Sequence record: MT446411.1
Length of the DNA: 64,000 nt
Strand: one strand, 5' to 3'
Origin: Escherichia virus TH40
In this document: positions 9,259 through 19,483 of the stretch, piece after piece
Position numbering within the stretch: the stretch's first letter is position 1
Layout: each line of letters begins with the position of its first letter
Translations under genes and position numbers: made by a program
The notes under the pieces: generated by a model
What the model saw: only the letters and a program-made list of their open reading frames with translations
What the model was told of the DNA's origin: nothing
Databases searched by the model: none

Positions 9259-10208
9259 TTCATTTCCCCAGCCAGTTGAGCAAACAGATAAGTCAAGTGA
9301 ACTTCGGTATTAGCTGCAATGCCATGGTACTGATTATTCTCACCCACAATCTCATACATACGGATGATGCTTGCACCAGTCAGTTTGCCGTACATTTCAT
9401 CAGCCAGCTTTGCAATGAAGTTTGAATAATCATTTGCGTGTTTAGGAGCCAGACCACGAAGAACTTTAAAGTTACGGTCCTTAAGGGCATCAATCACGTC
9501 ATCAATTGGCGTGCGATTGTTTGTCACGATGCTTAGAATACCGGAATCGATAACACCCTTTGCAGAGTAACGGTCAAGCTCATTAATTGTCTTACGCAGG
9601 TCCGGGAAGTTATGCTTAACCAGAGCAGCAACAACTTTCAGGTCTTCGATTTCAACGCCTTCGTTTTTACATATCGCGACTGCACGATGAATCATCTCTT
9701 TCATCATAGTGGTCTGGTCAGCTGGAGTTGCTTCACCAAACTTAATTACGCGACAACGAGACTGCAGCGGAGTGATGATGCCATCGATATTGTTCGCGGT
9801 CATAATGATTGAACAGTTGCTCGAATAAGCTTCCATAAAGCTACGAAGGTGTCGTTGTGATTCAGCCAGACCCGCGCGGTCGAACTCATCGATAACAATT
9901 ACCTTGCGGCGACCTTCGATTGATTTAGATGATGCAAAGCGAGTCAATTCATTACGCACAAAGTCAATTCGGCAATCGGAGCCGTTAACAAACAGCATAT
10001 CAGAATTCGTATCTGCGCACATAGCTTTTGCAACTGTTGTCTTACCAGTACCAGGGGAACTACTGACTAGAATCAAGTTAGGAATTAAACCTTTTTTAAC
10101 AATCGCCTCTAATGTTTCTTTATCATGAGCCGGGAGAATACACTCTGATAATGTACCTGGGCGGTATTTTTGTTCCCACATGAATTCTTTGTCATTAACC
10201 GTTAACAT
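9249..10208 (-). CDS. 44: Clamp loader AAA+ ATPase subunit (gp44-like)
   Basis: 319 aa; Walker A SSSPGTGKTT; Walker B VIVIDEFD; SRC motif LQSRC. Confidence 0.93.
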   Translation of the reverse strand: MLTVNDKEFMWEQKYRPGTLSECILPAHDKETLEAIVKKGLIPNLILVSSSPGTGKTTVAKAMCADTNSDMLFVNGSDCRIDFVRNELTRFASSKSIEGRRKVIVIDEFDRAGLAESQRHLRSFMEAYSSNCSIIMTANNIDGIITPLQSRCRVIKFGEATPADQTTMMKEMIHRAVAICKNEGVEIEDLKVVAALVKHNFPDLRKTINELDRYSAKGVIDSGILSIVTNNRTPIDDVIDALKDRNFKVLRGLAPKHANDYSNFIAKLADEMYGKLTGASIIRMYEIVGENNQYHGIAANTEVHLTYLFAQLAGEMKWL

Positions 10209-10264
10209 ATATTTTCCTCATATTAGTTTCTACTTTGTACTCCATGGGGCCGAAGCCCCATTTA

Positions 10265-10960
10265 TTAATCTTGGAATTCGTGGCTAGAGCCTTGTTCCAT
10301 TGCAATCACATAGCTTGCTTGTGTGCCTTCAAACTTCGTAGCAAATTTATCATCTTTCGCCCAAAGCATAACACGGTAATCAGCCGGAATCATTTTCATG
10401 TTCAGTTTGTTAATGATAAATTTAAACGCTGCATCACCTTCGTAGTCGCCGCACACCAGGGAATACAATGGACGCGCTAACTCTTTATCTTCGAGCTGAT
10501 TATAACCATGGATAACAATCTTACCGTCTTTGTTGGTGATTGCAAAAGTATCCAGAGACAAACCACCAGCCACACGCAGAAGTTGTTGCAGGTCACTACC
10601 TTTCAGGTCGAAAATAACCTTAGCTACCGGGAAAGGAATCTTCTTAGCAGGGAACACGATAGTGCTCGGGTCTGCTGCAGGCCAGTGAATCGTTGAACGT
10701 TGGTCTTTGATAATGATGTTTGATGCGTCTTCAGCCAGAGATACTTCAGCTTGGTCAGTTACCAGGCCCAGGATACTTAAGAAGCCGTTCAGGTCATAAA
10801 TTGCGGCTTCAAAGTCGATTGTATCATTGATTTCGGCTTCGCCATATGACGCTCCAGTTACGGAACGAGTCAGGATGGTATTACCTGGCTTAAGCATAAT
10901 GCCAGAGTAAATGGAAGTGAAGTTTTTCAGAACTGCGATAGTGTCTTTAGAGAATTTCAT
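10265..10960 (-). CDS. 45: Sliding clamp (gp45-like)
   Basis: 231 aa; strongly resembles T4 gp45 as recalled; synteny. Confidence 0.88.
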   Translation of the reverse strand: MKFSKDTIAVLKNFTSIYSGIMLKPGNTILTRSVTGASYGEAEINDTIDFEAAIYDLNGFLSILGLVTDQAEVSLAEDASNIIIKDQRSTIHWPAADPSTIVFPAKKIPFPVAKVIFDLKGSDLQQLLRVAGGLSLDTFAITNKDGKIVIHGYNQLEDKELARPLYSLVCGDYEGDAAFKFIINKLNMKMIPADYRVMLWAKDDKFATKFEGTQASYVIAMEQGSSHEFQD

Positions 10961-10990
10961 TTAATTACCTTTTATTCAAATCAAAATTAA

Positions 10991-11422
10991 TTAAGCAACA
11001 ACTGCCATTTGTTTGCGGATGGCTTCTGGAAGAGATTCAATATACTCTGGAAGTTGTGCAGCAATAATAGAACCAGCTTGCACCAGATGGTCGTCAGAGT
11101 TAACGCAATAATCATCTTCAAGACGTTCGGAACCATCACGGTCGATAACCAGTTTAGCACCAGCAGCTAGTGAATCGTTGTAGTGATTACGCATCAGTTC
11201 AATCCACTTATCAGATACATCAGTATCAATCACACCATACAGCATGAATTTAATTTCTTGCGGCAGAGACTGCAGACGGGTAGCAGATGCTTCATCGCAT
11301 GCCAGGACCCAGGATTTACGAACACGGTTTTGGTTATGCGGGTTAGCGTCAGTGCGGATGGTTTTAACTTGGATATCTTTAGCAGTTACGTTGTTCATAA
11401 TATTCTCTCTATTCATTATCAA
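10991..11422 (-). CDS. rpbA: RNA polymerase-binding protein RpbA-like
   Basis: 143 aa ORF in the rpbA position between 45 and 46; assignment by synteny only. Confidence 0.5.
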   Translation of the reverse strand: MIMNRENIMNNVTAKDIQVKTIRTDANPHNQNRVRKSWVLACDEASATRLQSLPQEIKFMLYGVIDTDVSDKWIELMRNHYNDSLAAGAKLVIDRDGSERLEDDYCVNSDDHLVQAGSIIAAQLPEYIESLPEAIRKQMAVVA

Positions 11423-11674
11423 TTAATCAAAGTATTCATATGCGAACCAGGCATTGTGTCTGTTCGCGATTATTTTAACATATTCTTCACCGAAAGCGTT
11501 TTGCAAGTCACGTTCAGTGACAAGGTGTTCATCTTTCGAAAAGGTATTAACTAACACATACCGTTTAATTTCAGGGACAGCCAATAAATGCTGCCCGGTT
11601 AAGAAGTCAGCCATAATAGCCTCTATTATAACATCCTTGTTTAAAGCATTATTCCATAACAGTGAATCGACCAA
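11423..11674 (-). CDS. Hypothetical protein (83 aa)
   Basis: ORF track; 45.x-equivalent position. Confidence 0.4.
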   Translation of the reverse strand: MVDSLLWNNALNKDVIIEAIMADFLTGQHLLAVPEIKRYVLVNTFSKDEHLVTERDLQNAFGEEYVKIIANRHNAWFAYEYFD

Positions 11675-13331
11675 CTTTTTTCATCTGGAGATGTTGCCCG
11701 TATGCTTCCGGGTCATGGTCTCGGTGACTGATAATAAAGATGTTGGTGTCTTCCAATTTGTTCAGGATGGTAGCAATTGCTTTAACACCCTCTACATCCG
11801 TGGCCGAGTCAAAAACTTCATCCAGAATCAAGGTGTTAATATTAACACCAGATACTTTCGCAGCAATATCACGCCATGTAAACAGCAATGCAATATCGAT
11901 ACGAGCTTTTTCACCCTGGCTAAATGATGCATAGCTGAAGTCTTCACGTCCACGAGATTTAATCGTTTCGTTGAACTCTTCATCTAACGTAAAACTATAA
12001 TCAGCTTCCATAACTTTAAGGTAAGCGTTTATCTGCTTATTAAAGATAGGAATATATTTCTTAATAATCGCGCCTTTGATACCGGAATCTTTCAACATAT
12101 CCGTTAGGATGCCACGTTGATATTTTTCCATCACAAGGTCGGATTTCTGTTTGACTATTTTATCAAGCTGGTCTTGAAGCATTTTAATGTCTGCTGCATG
12201 GTCAATAAATTCTGACTTAGCTTGCTCGATTAATGCTTTAACCTTTTTAGCTTTTTCGACAGTCTGGACTAAGGTTTGTTTCTTAGTTTGAATGTCTTGA
12301 GCTATTGTACGTTGTTTTTGTCTTGCAGCAGAATACGCATCAAATTGCTCCTGAACAGCTTTCTGGCGAGCTTTATGGTTATCAGCTGATACATTACATT
12401 CTTCAATCTTTGACTCAATCCTGGCGACAATAGGGTCTCCTGGATGCAACTGACTGGCACAAGTCTGACAACAACCACCTTTCTCGTACAGACCAACAAC
12501 CTTTCGGTAATCGTCTATCTTCGACTTAATCAGGAATGATTCCTGCTTTAACTTCGTTAGTTCATGCTCAGGGTCTTCTCCCAAGATTATCTCGGTCAGT
12601 CTTGTCGTTGCTTCTTCGATAGTTGTCTTAATTCCACGTGCTTCTGTGGCAAGTTCATCATACATCGTTTGCAGCCGCAACAGATTATCACCTGATAATT
12701 TTCTTTGACGGTCTTCGTTGTCCTGATAGATTTTAATCTGTTGAACAATACCATCATGCTGCACATCCATCACCTGGATTTGACTATTGACTTCGCGGAT
12801 AAGAGATTTGTTCAGCTTATCCATATCGGCCAGTACAGAAACCTCTAAAAGGTCTTCGACAAGTTTTCTTCTTGCAGGAGTGGATAGGCCCATAAAAGGG
12901 GTATATCCAGCTGTGCCGAGTACGACAATTTGTTTGAAACTGGCGTATGACATTCCGATAAGCTGTTCAAATTCCGCTTGGAAGTCTTTACTGCTGGCAG
13001 ATTCATCAAGACGTTTACCGCCACAAGAGATTTCAAAAACATTGGGTTTTTGCCCGCGTTTGATATAGTATTCTTTTCCATCATATTCCATCCACAATTC
13101 AACGAGCATATCTTTTTTGTTGCTCGAGTTAATCAACTGGCCTTTCTTTACATCACGGAAAGGCTTACCGAACATAGCAAAGGTAACCGCTTCAAGGAAC
13201 GTAGATTTACCTGCACCATTCTTACCGGTGACCAGAGTTTTCTGGACTTTATCCAGTTCAACAGTAATCGGTTGAGCACCAACCGACATAATATTTTTAT
13301 AGATAACTTTCTTAAGCTTAAAATTCTTCAC
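11649..13331 (-). CDS. 46: Rad50/SbcC-like recombination ATPase (gp46-like)
   Basis: 560 aa; Walker A GKNGAGKST; long coiled coil with CxxC zinc hook (CCQTC); C-terminal LILDEVFD. Confidence 0.9.
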   Translation of the reverse strand: MKNFKLKKVIYKNIMSVGAQPITVELDKVQKTLVTGKNGAGKSTFLEAVTFAMFGKPFRDVKKGQLINSSNKKDMLVELWMEYDGKEYYIKRGQKPNVFEISCGGKRLDESASSKDFQAEFEQLIGMSYASFKQIVVLGTAGYTPFMGLSTPARRKLVEDLLEVSVLADMDKLNKSLIREVNSQIQVMDVQHDGIVQQIKIYQDNEDRQRKLSGDNLLRLQTMYDELATEARGIKTTIEEATTRLTEIILGEDPEHELTKLKQESFLIKSKIDDYRKVVGLYEKGGCCQTCASQLHPGDPIVARIESKIEECNVSADNHKARQKAVQEQFDAYSAARQKQRTIAQDIQTKKQTLVQTVEKAKKVKALIEQAKSEFIDHAADIKMLQDQLDKIVKQKSDLVMEKYQRGILTDMLKDSGIKGAIIKKYIPIFNKQINAYLKVMEADYSFTLDEEFNETIKSRGREDFSYASFSQGEKARIDIALLFTWRDIAAKVSGVNINTLILDEVFDSATDVEGVKAIATILNKLEDTNIFIISHRDHDPEAYGQHLQMKKVGRFTVME

Positions 13332-13546
13332 AAAAGATTCCTTTTAATGTATCTTTTAGACCATTCTATCATATCATCATAATCTAAAAAGCATTCATCA
13401 AATTCAGCCATGCAAACAACACCTTGTGCTGCTTTTGATGTGATATAAATTATTCCAATATATCTAGAATCTTCTTCGGTATAATCAATATTTGCTACGA
13501 ATTCATCACCAAGATTAAATTCAAAAGTCTTCATCATAATAAGCAT
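13328..13546 (-). CDS. Hypothetical protein (72 aa)
   Basis: ORF track; between 46 and 47. Confidence 0.4.
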   Translation of the reverse strand: MLIMMKTFEFNLGDEFVANIDYTEEDSRYIGIIYITSKAAQGVVCMAEFDECFLDYDDMIEWSKRYIKRNLL

Positions 13547-13784
13547 CCTTGATGCATGATTCAGCCATATGAATTAATGTCTCTGGAGTATCATCTTCCA
13601 TTACATTAAAGCTAAATTCTACGGCCCAATCGGTGACTACATAGACTTTGATAAGTTGACCGGTTTCCCGGTCAGTGATAGCTTCAAACCAATACTTAAT
13701 AGTATTCGGTTGATTATCGTCGTCAACCACATCACATTCGCGGATATGTTCAAGCCCCGCTTCATTAAAATCATAAAGTCTCAT
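13521..13784 (-). CDS. Hypothetical acidic protein (87 aa)
   Basis: ORF track; between 46 and 47. Confidence 0.4.
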   Translation of the reverse strand: MRLYDFNEAGLEHIRECDVVDDDNQPNTIKYWFEAITDRETGQLIKVYVVTDWAVEFSFNVMEDDTPETLIHMAESCIKDAYYDEDF

Positions 13785-14800
13785 GGTTGCACCTCAAGAT
13801 ATAATTTGTTAGCCAATGCTTTGAGAGCTTTTGATTCTTTCTCATTGGCATCAGGCAATGCATCGATATATTCTGCCATCATATCAGTTAAGCGTTTTAT
13901 GTCTAACTCTTCTTCGGAGTCAGTCGTATCAACACTGTTATCAACCTTATTGACAACACGCAATTCATGCACACGCTTTTCTAATTCGGATTCGAACTTG
14001 GTCAGGTCTTTATCGACTTTTTCTACAATAACACGGACTGATAAGTCTTTGAAGTCGTCGTAGTTAATAGTTTCGTTTGGATAGAAAATCTTCCGATGCC
14101 AGGTGGTTTCATTCGGAATAAATTTCATCTCTTCGGTTTCGGTATCAAATTCCCAGAACCCACGCGGGTCGTTCTCATCACCCGCTGTTAATGTCCATGG
14201 TGTCCCGATGTACTTAACGTTCGCAGCTTCTGAAATGGTATGGAAGTGCCCAGACCAAACTTGTTTGTACTTCTTAAGGAAATCAGGCTCAAGCCCGTGG
14301 GATTTCAGTCCTTTATAGAAATAAAACCCGGTTAATTCCCAGTGACCGATGCAATATTCAGCCCCAGAAGTTTTGATGTGTTGATGAATGTCAGTCGCGT
14401 TCTCGTCACACATCCATGGAATCATATCAATCTGGCAACCGTCAAAATCAACAGTCGTTGGCTTATCGTAGATTTTAACATGGTCATACTTATTCAGGAG
14501 CTCAGTGATAGCATTAGGATGAATCTTATTCTTCAGATTCATGTCATGGTTCCCGACTATCGTGTGCATAGTAATTCCTGCTTCACGAAGGAGTTCCATA
14601 ATCTCACGGCTGAATTCCATCGTCTTATGCGTTACGGCCTTACGGACGTCAAAAATATCACCATACTGAATCCAGACTTTAATTCCATTCGCTTTGGAAT
14701 ATGCAATCGCCTGTAAAATACCATCACGTTGAATGTTTTGAGCCCATGGGTCGTCAGCTTTGACCCCTAAGTGCCAATCACCTAAATTTAAAATTTTCAT
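13781..14800 (-). CDS. 47: Mre11/SbcD-like nuclease (gp47-like); start taken at MKILNLGDWHLG
   Basis: Phosphoesterase motifs GDWHLG, GDIFD, GNHD; ORF track extends to 14827 but internal Met matches T4 gp47 N-terminus. Confidence 0.88.
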   Translation of the reverse strand: MKILNLGDWHLGVKADDPWAQNIQRDGILQAIAYSKANGIKVWIQYGDIFDVRKAVTHKTMEFSREIMELLREAGITMHTIVGNHDMNLKNKIHPNAITELLNKYDHVKIYDKPTTVDFDGCQIDMIPWMCDENATDIHQHIKTSGAEYCIGHWELTGFYFYKGLKSHGLEPDFLKKYKQVWSGHFHTISEAANVKYIGTPWTLTAGDENDPRGFWEFDTETEEMKFIPNETTWHRKIFYPNETINYDDFKDLSVRVIVEKVDKDLTKFESELEKRVHELRVVNKVDNSVDTTDSEEELDIKRLTDMMAEYIDALPDANEKESKALKALANKLYLEVQP

Positions 14801-15436
14801 AAGCCAAGCACCGTTATCGCAATGCAAAATAAAATTACTGAAATGAACCCGTCAGGAGTAGAAAAGAATCCTATCCAACAAGCTCTTGTGAATGTGTAGA
14901 ATGCCATGAATAGCACGACATATCCTAAAAATAATTCCATATACTCTCCTCAGTTGGTTCATTTTATCATCCCGAATATAAAGCAAAAAAGGAAGCACTA
15001 GGCTTCCTTTCCAATTAATACACCGTACAGAGGTTCGTGAGAAGACCTGAACTTGATAGGCTTATAGGTAATAGTACCTTCATTTTCTGCTTTAATACGA
15101 GCAGCTTCAAATTGAAGTATCATCTCATTTTTGTCAGATTTAATCTTATCAAAATCCGTCGAATTCGTCATTCATATAGCCTCTTAAACTTTTTCGTATT
15201 CGTCATTCATAAGTTTAAAAATCCGGGTGTTCGTCTTCAAAGCAACCGATATTCATCGCTGCCACCACTTCTTAAGTTGATGTGAATCCACCCAAACCTT
15301 GGCCACGGGCTCAATCTGAAAAATACCATCAGAATACTGCCCAACCATTTTATATTCGGTTTCGGTCTGCTTGATACAGATATTACCATATGAGCGAAGT
15401 CTGAAAGCGGCTCCAACAAGAAGCCGTTTAAAAGGT

Positions 15437-15748
15437 TTATTTACTAATGCCATTTACGATTTCCCAAATTTGTTTGCGAGTAGTTTCCCACATCAACTTA
15501 ATCAGGTCTTCCGTAACTGGTTGACGGTAAATTCCACGCAGTTTAACTAAAGCATATTTGTATGCTTCAAAATTGTTTTCCAGCACTGCGCCTTGAGCAT
15601 GTTTATTCAGACGTGCAATTTCACGAGCATTCTTTTTCAGAATCTTCGCTGCTTGACTGGTTGCTTCGAGCGCGTTCGCTTCTTCGAGACGTTCCTGTGC
15701 TTCTTCAATCTGCTTATCGGTCAGTTGAGAAATATCTGGAGCTTGCAT
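15437..15748 (-). CDS. Hypothetical protein (103 aa)
   Basis: ORF track; between 47 and 55. Confidence 0.4.
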   Translation of the reverse strand: MQAPDISQLTDKQIEEAQERLEEANALEATSQAAKILKKNAREIARLNKHAQGAVLENNFEAYKYALVKLRGIYRQPVTEDLIKLMWETTRKQIWEIVNGISK

Positions 15749-15749
15749 A

Positions 15750-16001
15750 TTAATCCTTGGGAGTTAACTCAATTGTAAAATATAGATTAGCATTATCTAC
15801 ATGATAACGGTAATCAACGTTATTATCCGGTGAAGTAAATTCCAGATTCCGGACGTTTAAAGGGTCGATATCAATTGGAAGACCTTTTATGTCTCGCAGA
15901 TAAAGTTTAATGAAATATGGGAGCGCAGTAAAGTCTTCCTCGATTTTATCTAAAAAATCGGTAATATCAAATTGATGTTCCATATAAAAAATCCAAATCA
16001 C
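15750..16001 (-). CDS. Hypothetical protein (83 aa)
   Basis: ORF track; short overlap with gene 55 end. Confidence 0.4.
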   Translation of the reverse strand: MIWIFYMEHQFDITDFLDKIEEDFTALPYFIKLYLRDIKGLPIDIDPLNVRNLEFTSPDNNVDYRYHVDNANLYFTIELTPKD

Positions 16002-16524
16002 CTTCTTTATCTTTGGCGCTCTTATCAGACCCTGGCGCTTTAACTAAAGAGGATTCGTACTGTGTCATTTTGTCATAGATGTCCTGGATAAATGTTTCAT
16101 CAGCCAGAGCCACCATATCGTCGTCACGTGAATCATATACGTTATGGACGAAGTAGCTATATTTCTTTGCCATTTCTTTACGTTCTTTTTTGATACGCTG
16201 AACGAAAGCATTGAAGCAAGCCATTGTTATGTAAGCATGTGGATTATCGTATTTTGTTTCGTCGAAGTTGTGAAGACCTTTTATTGCGGCCTCAATTCCG
16301 TCTGCTATCATTTCTTGCTTCCAGGATTGGGTATATCCGGAGAAGTTGAAACGTTTGCTAAGACCTTCGGCTATAAGCATAATCGCCAGACCAATAACAT
16401 CGTTCTGGCGAATAATTTTGTTCGGGTTGGTGTTCGCATTCAGCTTCTGTTTCCACTCCGAAATAGCTTTCAAAAGCTCTTTATTATTTACATAGTTATT
16501 CTTGGTTAATTTAATTTCGTTCAT
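15967..16524 (-). CDS. 55: Late transcription sigma factor gp55
   Basis: 185 aa; long stretches match my recollection of T4 gp55 (e.g. [28 protein letters not shown]). Confidence 0.88.
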   Translation of the reverse strand: MNEIKLTKNNYVNNKELLKAISEWKQKLNANTNPNKIIRQNDVIGLAIMLIAEGLSKRFNFSGYTQSWKQEMIADGIEAAIKGLHNFDETKYDNPHAYITMACFNAFVQRIKKERKEMAKKYSYFVHNVYDSRDDDMVALADETFIQDIYDKMTQYESSLVKAPGSDKSAKDKEGDLDFLYGTSI

Positions 16525-16572
16525 ATCGCCTCACTTAGTATATGAATATTATATCATCCTTAATACAAAGCA

Positions 16573-16839
16573 TTAGCGAAGTAAACAGTAAGCCTGAAAG
16601 ACCTTCTCCATAATTGCCTTAAATTCATGGATGTCAATATAAGGGATAACCTCGGCATCGCTAATGAATTCCATCAAACGGTCATGCTCGTTGCGGTATT
16701 GTCCTTCATTCAGCATACCGATATGGGACTCCCAAGAGCCATACCCTTCTGCGTGCGGGAAGAATGTTATTTTCATAAATTCATCCACCCAAAACGTTCC
16801 CAGGTCCTGGACGGATATCATTGTATGATTGATGTGCAT
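16573..16839 (-). CDS. Hypothetical protein (88 aa)
   Basis: ORF track. Confidence 0.4.
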   Translation of the reverse strand: MHINHTMISVQDLGTFWVDEFMKITFFPHAEGYGSWESHIGMLNEGQYRNEHDRLMEFISDAEVIPYIDIHEFKAIMEKVFQAYCLLR

Positions 16840-17105
16840 CAGTACACCATCTGGGCAGCTTCTAAAACATCGTCAAGCTTATCAAACTGGTCAACATAAT
16901 CAATCCCACCAACTTCATCTTTGGCATACAACCAATACTGATGGAATTCATATTCAATAATAAAGTGGTCACCTTCAATCTGGAGAACACCAACATCATT
17001 AAATTGAACTGCATAACCCGTCAAGCGGACATCATTCAGGAGTTCTTCTTTCATAGTAATCATTTCCAGGTTTTTATCGTAATTAGAGAGTTTTATTTTA
17101 ATCAT
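16839..17105 (-). CDS. Hypothetical protein (88 aa)
   Basis: ORF track. Confidence 0.4.
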   Translation of the reverse strand: MIKIKLSNYDKNLEMITMKEELLNDVRLTGYAVQFNDVGVLQIEGDHFIIEYEFHQYWLYAKDEVGGIDYVDQFDKLDDVLEAAQMVY

Positions 17106-17361
17106 TTAAGTAGTCCAGGAATTCGTCTAATGTCATGCCTTCCGCCCAAGCTTCCCAAGCATCGATTTTAGTGTACTTGGTTTTAGCACACATAGGATAG
17201 ATTCTGAATTCATATCCCATTGAAATGAAATAATTTAAAGTCCTTTGTAAATAGCAACCGTGACTAATTTTATGAGCTCGGCGAATTCCATTAGCATACT
17301 TATGTTTGTAAGATACTATTACCGCAACACCTTCAGGTAATTCAATAGCAGGGCACATCAT
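17098..17361 (-). CDS. Hypothetical protein (87 aa)
   Basis: ORF track. Confidence 0.4.
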   Translation of the reverse strand: MMCPAIELPEGVAVIVSYKHKYANGIRRAHKISHGCYLQRTLNYFISMGYEFRIYPMCAKTKYTKIDAWEAWAEGMTLDEFLDYLND

Positions 17362-17684
17362 TTCGCACCCTTAACAATTTTTAGGTCAACAAAACCTTTC
17401 TTGCGCTGGGACTTCATACGCTTGATGGCTTTGTCAGAAACTTCTTTGTTTTCACGTGGAAGCGGCAGGCCAAACGCTACTACATCAAATTCATTCAGGA
17501 TATACTGGACAAGGCTTTCACGAATACGCGCTTTACCCATTGTCTGACCTTCTGCAATAATCAGTTTCTGTACATCGCCTTCCCACTGGTCCAGAATCTC
17601 AGGGGTAACAAAACCAGATTTCATCAGAGTGTTAACTTTAGCAAATGCAAAATTAGCGATGATGTTAGTGATAGATGCAGTCAT
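17358..17684 (-). CDS. Hypothetical protein (108 aa)
   Basis: ORF track. Confidence 0.4.
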   Translation of the reverse strand: MTASITNIIANFAFAKVNTLMKSGFVTPEILDQWEGDVQKLIIAEGQTMGKARIRESLVQYILNEFDVVAFGLPLPRENKEVSDKAIKRMKSQRKKGFVDLKIVKGAK

Positions 17685-17757
17685 GATATATTCCTCAGTC
17701 TCATTAAATTAAAATTTTATTATCCTGGGGGTCATTATACCATGACCCCGTTGGTTT

Positions 17758-17955
17758 TTACTGCGCTTTAGCGCCTTTCCAACCTTCGTACATCAATGCG
17801 GCCGATAATAATATTGTTCCTGCACATTTTGAATAATAGAGATTCCAAAACCAGTTCAGAAAAACTTCATCATCAATACCTTGAGCTATCATATTTTCAA
17901 AGAACTGACGACGAGATTCAGCAATTCGCTGTGATAATTTAGATTCAGGATTCAT
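17758..17955 (-). CDS. Hypothetical protein (65 aa)
   Basis: ORF track. Confidence 0.35.
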   Translation of the reverse strand: MNPESKLSQRIAESRRQFFENMIAQGIDDEVFLNWFWNLYYSKCAGTILLSAALMYEGWKGAKAQ

Positions 17956-18094
17956 TTAAATTTTCCAGTTACCGTTTTCATCAATAAATTTAATCCAGTC
18001 ATTTACTGACCACTTAGTCGTATCGCCTTTTGGAGCAGAATTTAAAGCGTATAATCCTTGTTTAAAAAGCATTCGTTTGATATTCATGTTTTCC

Positions 18095-18388
18095 TCAGCT
18101 GTAACGATAACATTCGTTTGATTTACGTTTTGCAACACGATGAGAAGTATTGTAATCCAAATCATCCTCAACGTATACATCTTTTTTCAACTGACGAACT
18201 TCTTTACGCAGTTGACGATTCATCTCATTCTTGACTTCTGAATCAACGCCACAAAAACGTTTCCATTTGTCCGAACGGAAGATATTTTTATTCAAAGTTT
18301 CTTCTGATACACCGTCAGGTGCTTTACGTCTAGCTATGCAATTAAAATCTTTAGAAGACAATTCTTTACGACGGATAGTTTTACCCAT
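18095..18388 (-). CDS. Hypothetical basic protein (97 aa)
   Basis: ORF track; overlaps the 17956..18180 ORF, one of the two likely uses a later start. Confidence 0.4.
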   Translation of the reverse strand: MGKTIRRKELSSKDFNCIARRKAPDGVSEETLNKNIFRSDKWKRFCGVDSEVKNEMNRQLRKEVRQLKKDVYVEDDLDYNTSHRVAKRKSNECYRYS

Positions 18389-18390
18389 AG

Positions 18391-18645
18391 TTACCTCAAC
18401 AGTTTGTATCCAATAAGATTTTTAATGTACTGGATATCTTTGACATCCAAATCCAACTTAAGGTCTTTCAGACGGTCGCACAGGGTCAAAAAGGTTACAT
18501 GCTTCCAATTCTTCACTGGGCAGCAATAAGTCTTAGGACCATTTGCAATTTCAATATTCTTATCAGTGACGGTGAGAAAAATTAGGCGCTCATCATCCAG
18601 ATTAAGGGTAATGATATTTTTCATTGAGTGTAATTTCAGGCTCAT
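18391..18645 (-). CDS. Hypothetical protein (84 aa)
   Basis: ORF track. Confidence 0.4.
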   Translation of the reverse strand: MSLKLHSMKNIITLNLDDERLIFLTVTDKNIEIANGPKTYCCPVKNWKHVTFLTLCDRLKDLKLDLDVKDIQYIKNLIGYKLLR

Positions 18646-18818
18646 AATTTAATTTCCTTAGCTATCGAACAAAACACTCCACGGTCACAAATCATTTTAA
18701 TACCAAGGTCAATTATGGTATACCACACATCCAGGCTAGATATTTCAGTTACTAAAACAGCTTTGCCGTTGATTGAATAATACTGGTTGACTTTAATTTC
18801 TTTATCTTCAATAACCAT
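18642..18818 (-). CDS. Hypothetical protein, start taken at internal Met (MVIEDKEIKV...)
   Basis: GAGGAAA SD and type-A promoter-leader at 18829-18878 sit upstream of the internal Met; ORF track gives 18642..18896. Confidence 0.4.
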   Translation of the reverse strand: MVIEDKEIKVNQYYSINGKAVLVTEISSLDVWYTIIDLGIKMICDRGVFCSIAKEIKL

Positions 18819-18828
18819 TTTGTTTTCC

Positions 18829-18878
18829 TCATCAGTAGTTGATGGGATAATGATACACCGTTCAAAGGGGCTTGTACA
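18829..18878 (-). promoter_or_regulatory. Type-A early promoter-leader cassette overlapping a GC hairpin
   Basis: Forward cctcatcagtagttgatgggataatgatacaccg...ggggcttgtacacccc read directly. Confidence 0.45.
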
Positions 18879-18885
18879 CCCCTTT

Positions 18886-19203
18886 TTAATCTTCAATTAA
18901 GTCCTGGTCATACCCCAGGGATATCAGTTTTGTTTTAAAGGCAGGAATATTTGTCATTTTTTCATCATTGACAAAAATCACTGGGTAACGAATGTTAAGG
19001 GTAGGATATCCAGCACGCTTAGCCAAAGACACGATTAAAGGCCTGTCATAAGCGATTTCAGAGCCTTGTTTGTTAAGGACTGAATAGAATGTATAAGGAA
19101 GGTTTAAGGAGCCCAGAAGGCTCCTGACGTGCATACAACCAGGGCATCGACCGACTTCTTCGGGGATACCATAGATTTCAATCTTAGTCGAGTTTTGGCC
19201 CAC
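18886..19203 (-). CDS. Glutaredoxin/NrdH-like small redoxin (CPGC motif)
   Basis: 105 aa; CxxC after a beta-strand-like IEIYG; located beside nrdG/nrdD as nrdH is in T4. Confidence 0.45.
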   Translation of the reverse strand: MGQNSTKIEIYGIPEEVGRCPGCMHVRSLLGSLNLPYTFYSVLNKQGSEIAYDRPLIVSLAKRAGYPTLNIRYPVIFVNDEKMTNIPAFKTKLISLGYDQDLIED

Positions 19204-19483
19204 AGGAAATCACTCCTTGGTAGTTCCAGGTTTTAATAACTTCTTCATCGCTGGCGGTTGCATACGGGACATAAATCTGAATAAGGAAACCTGTGTCATC
19301 GAAAGAGAAATAAACCGTCGGTTTGATTCCATGAATCTCAGATAGAGCATAGATATCTTTAAGGTCTTCTTCTTTATCAGCAAAGAATTTCGGGTCCAGG
19401 TCACAGTCATGGAAGTACCATTCATCACCGAACTTGTCCCATGCGGTCCAATTAGTAGCTACATATTCTTCGAAACGTTTCAT
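19184..19483 (-). CDS. Hypothetical protein (99 aa)
   Basis: ORF track. Confidence 0.4.
   Translation of the reverse strand: MKRFEEYVATNWTAWDKFGDEWYFHDCDLDPKFFADKEEDLKDIYALSEIHGIKPTVYFSFDDTGFLIQIYVPYATASDEEVIKTWNYQGVISCGPKLD

Noticed and set aside
17956-18180. 74-aa ORF as called in the track
   Set aside because: It overlaps the 18095..18388 ORF by about 85 nt; if real it probably starts at the internal Met near 18087, and I could not decide between the two, so only the upstream ORF is listed.
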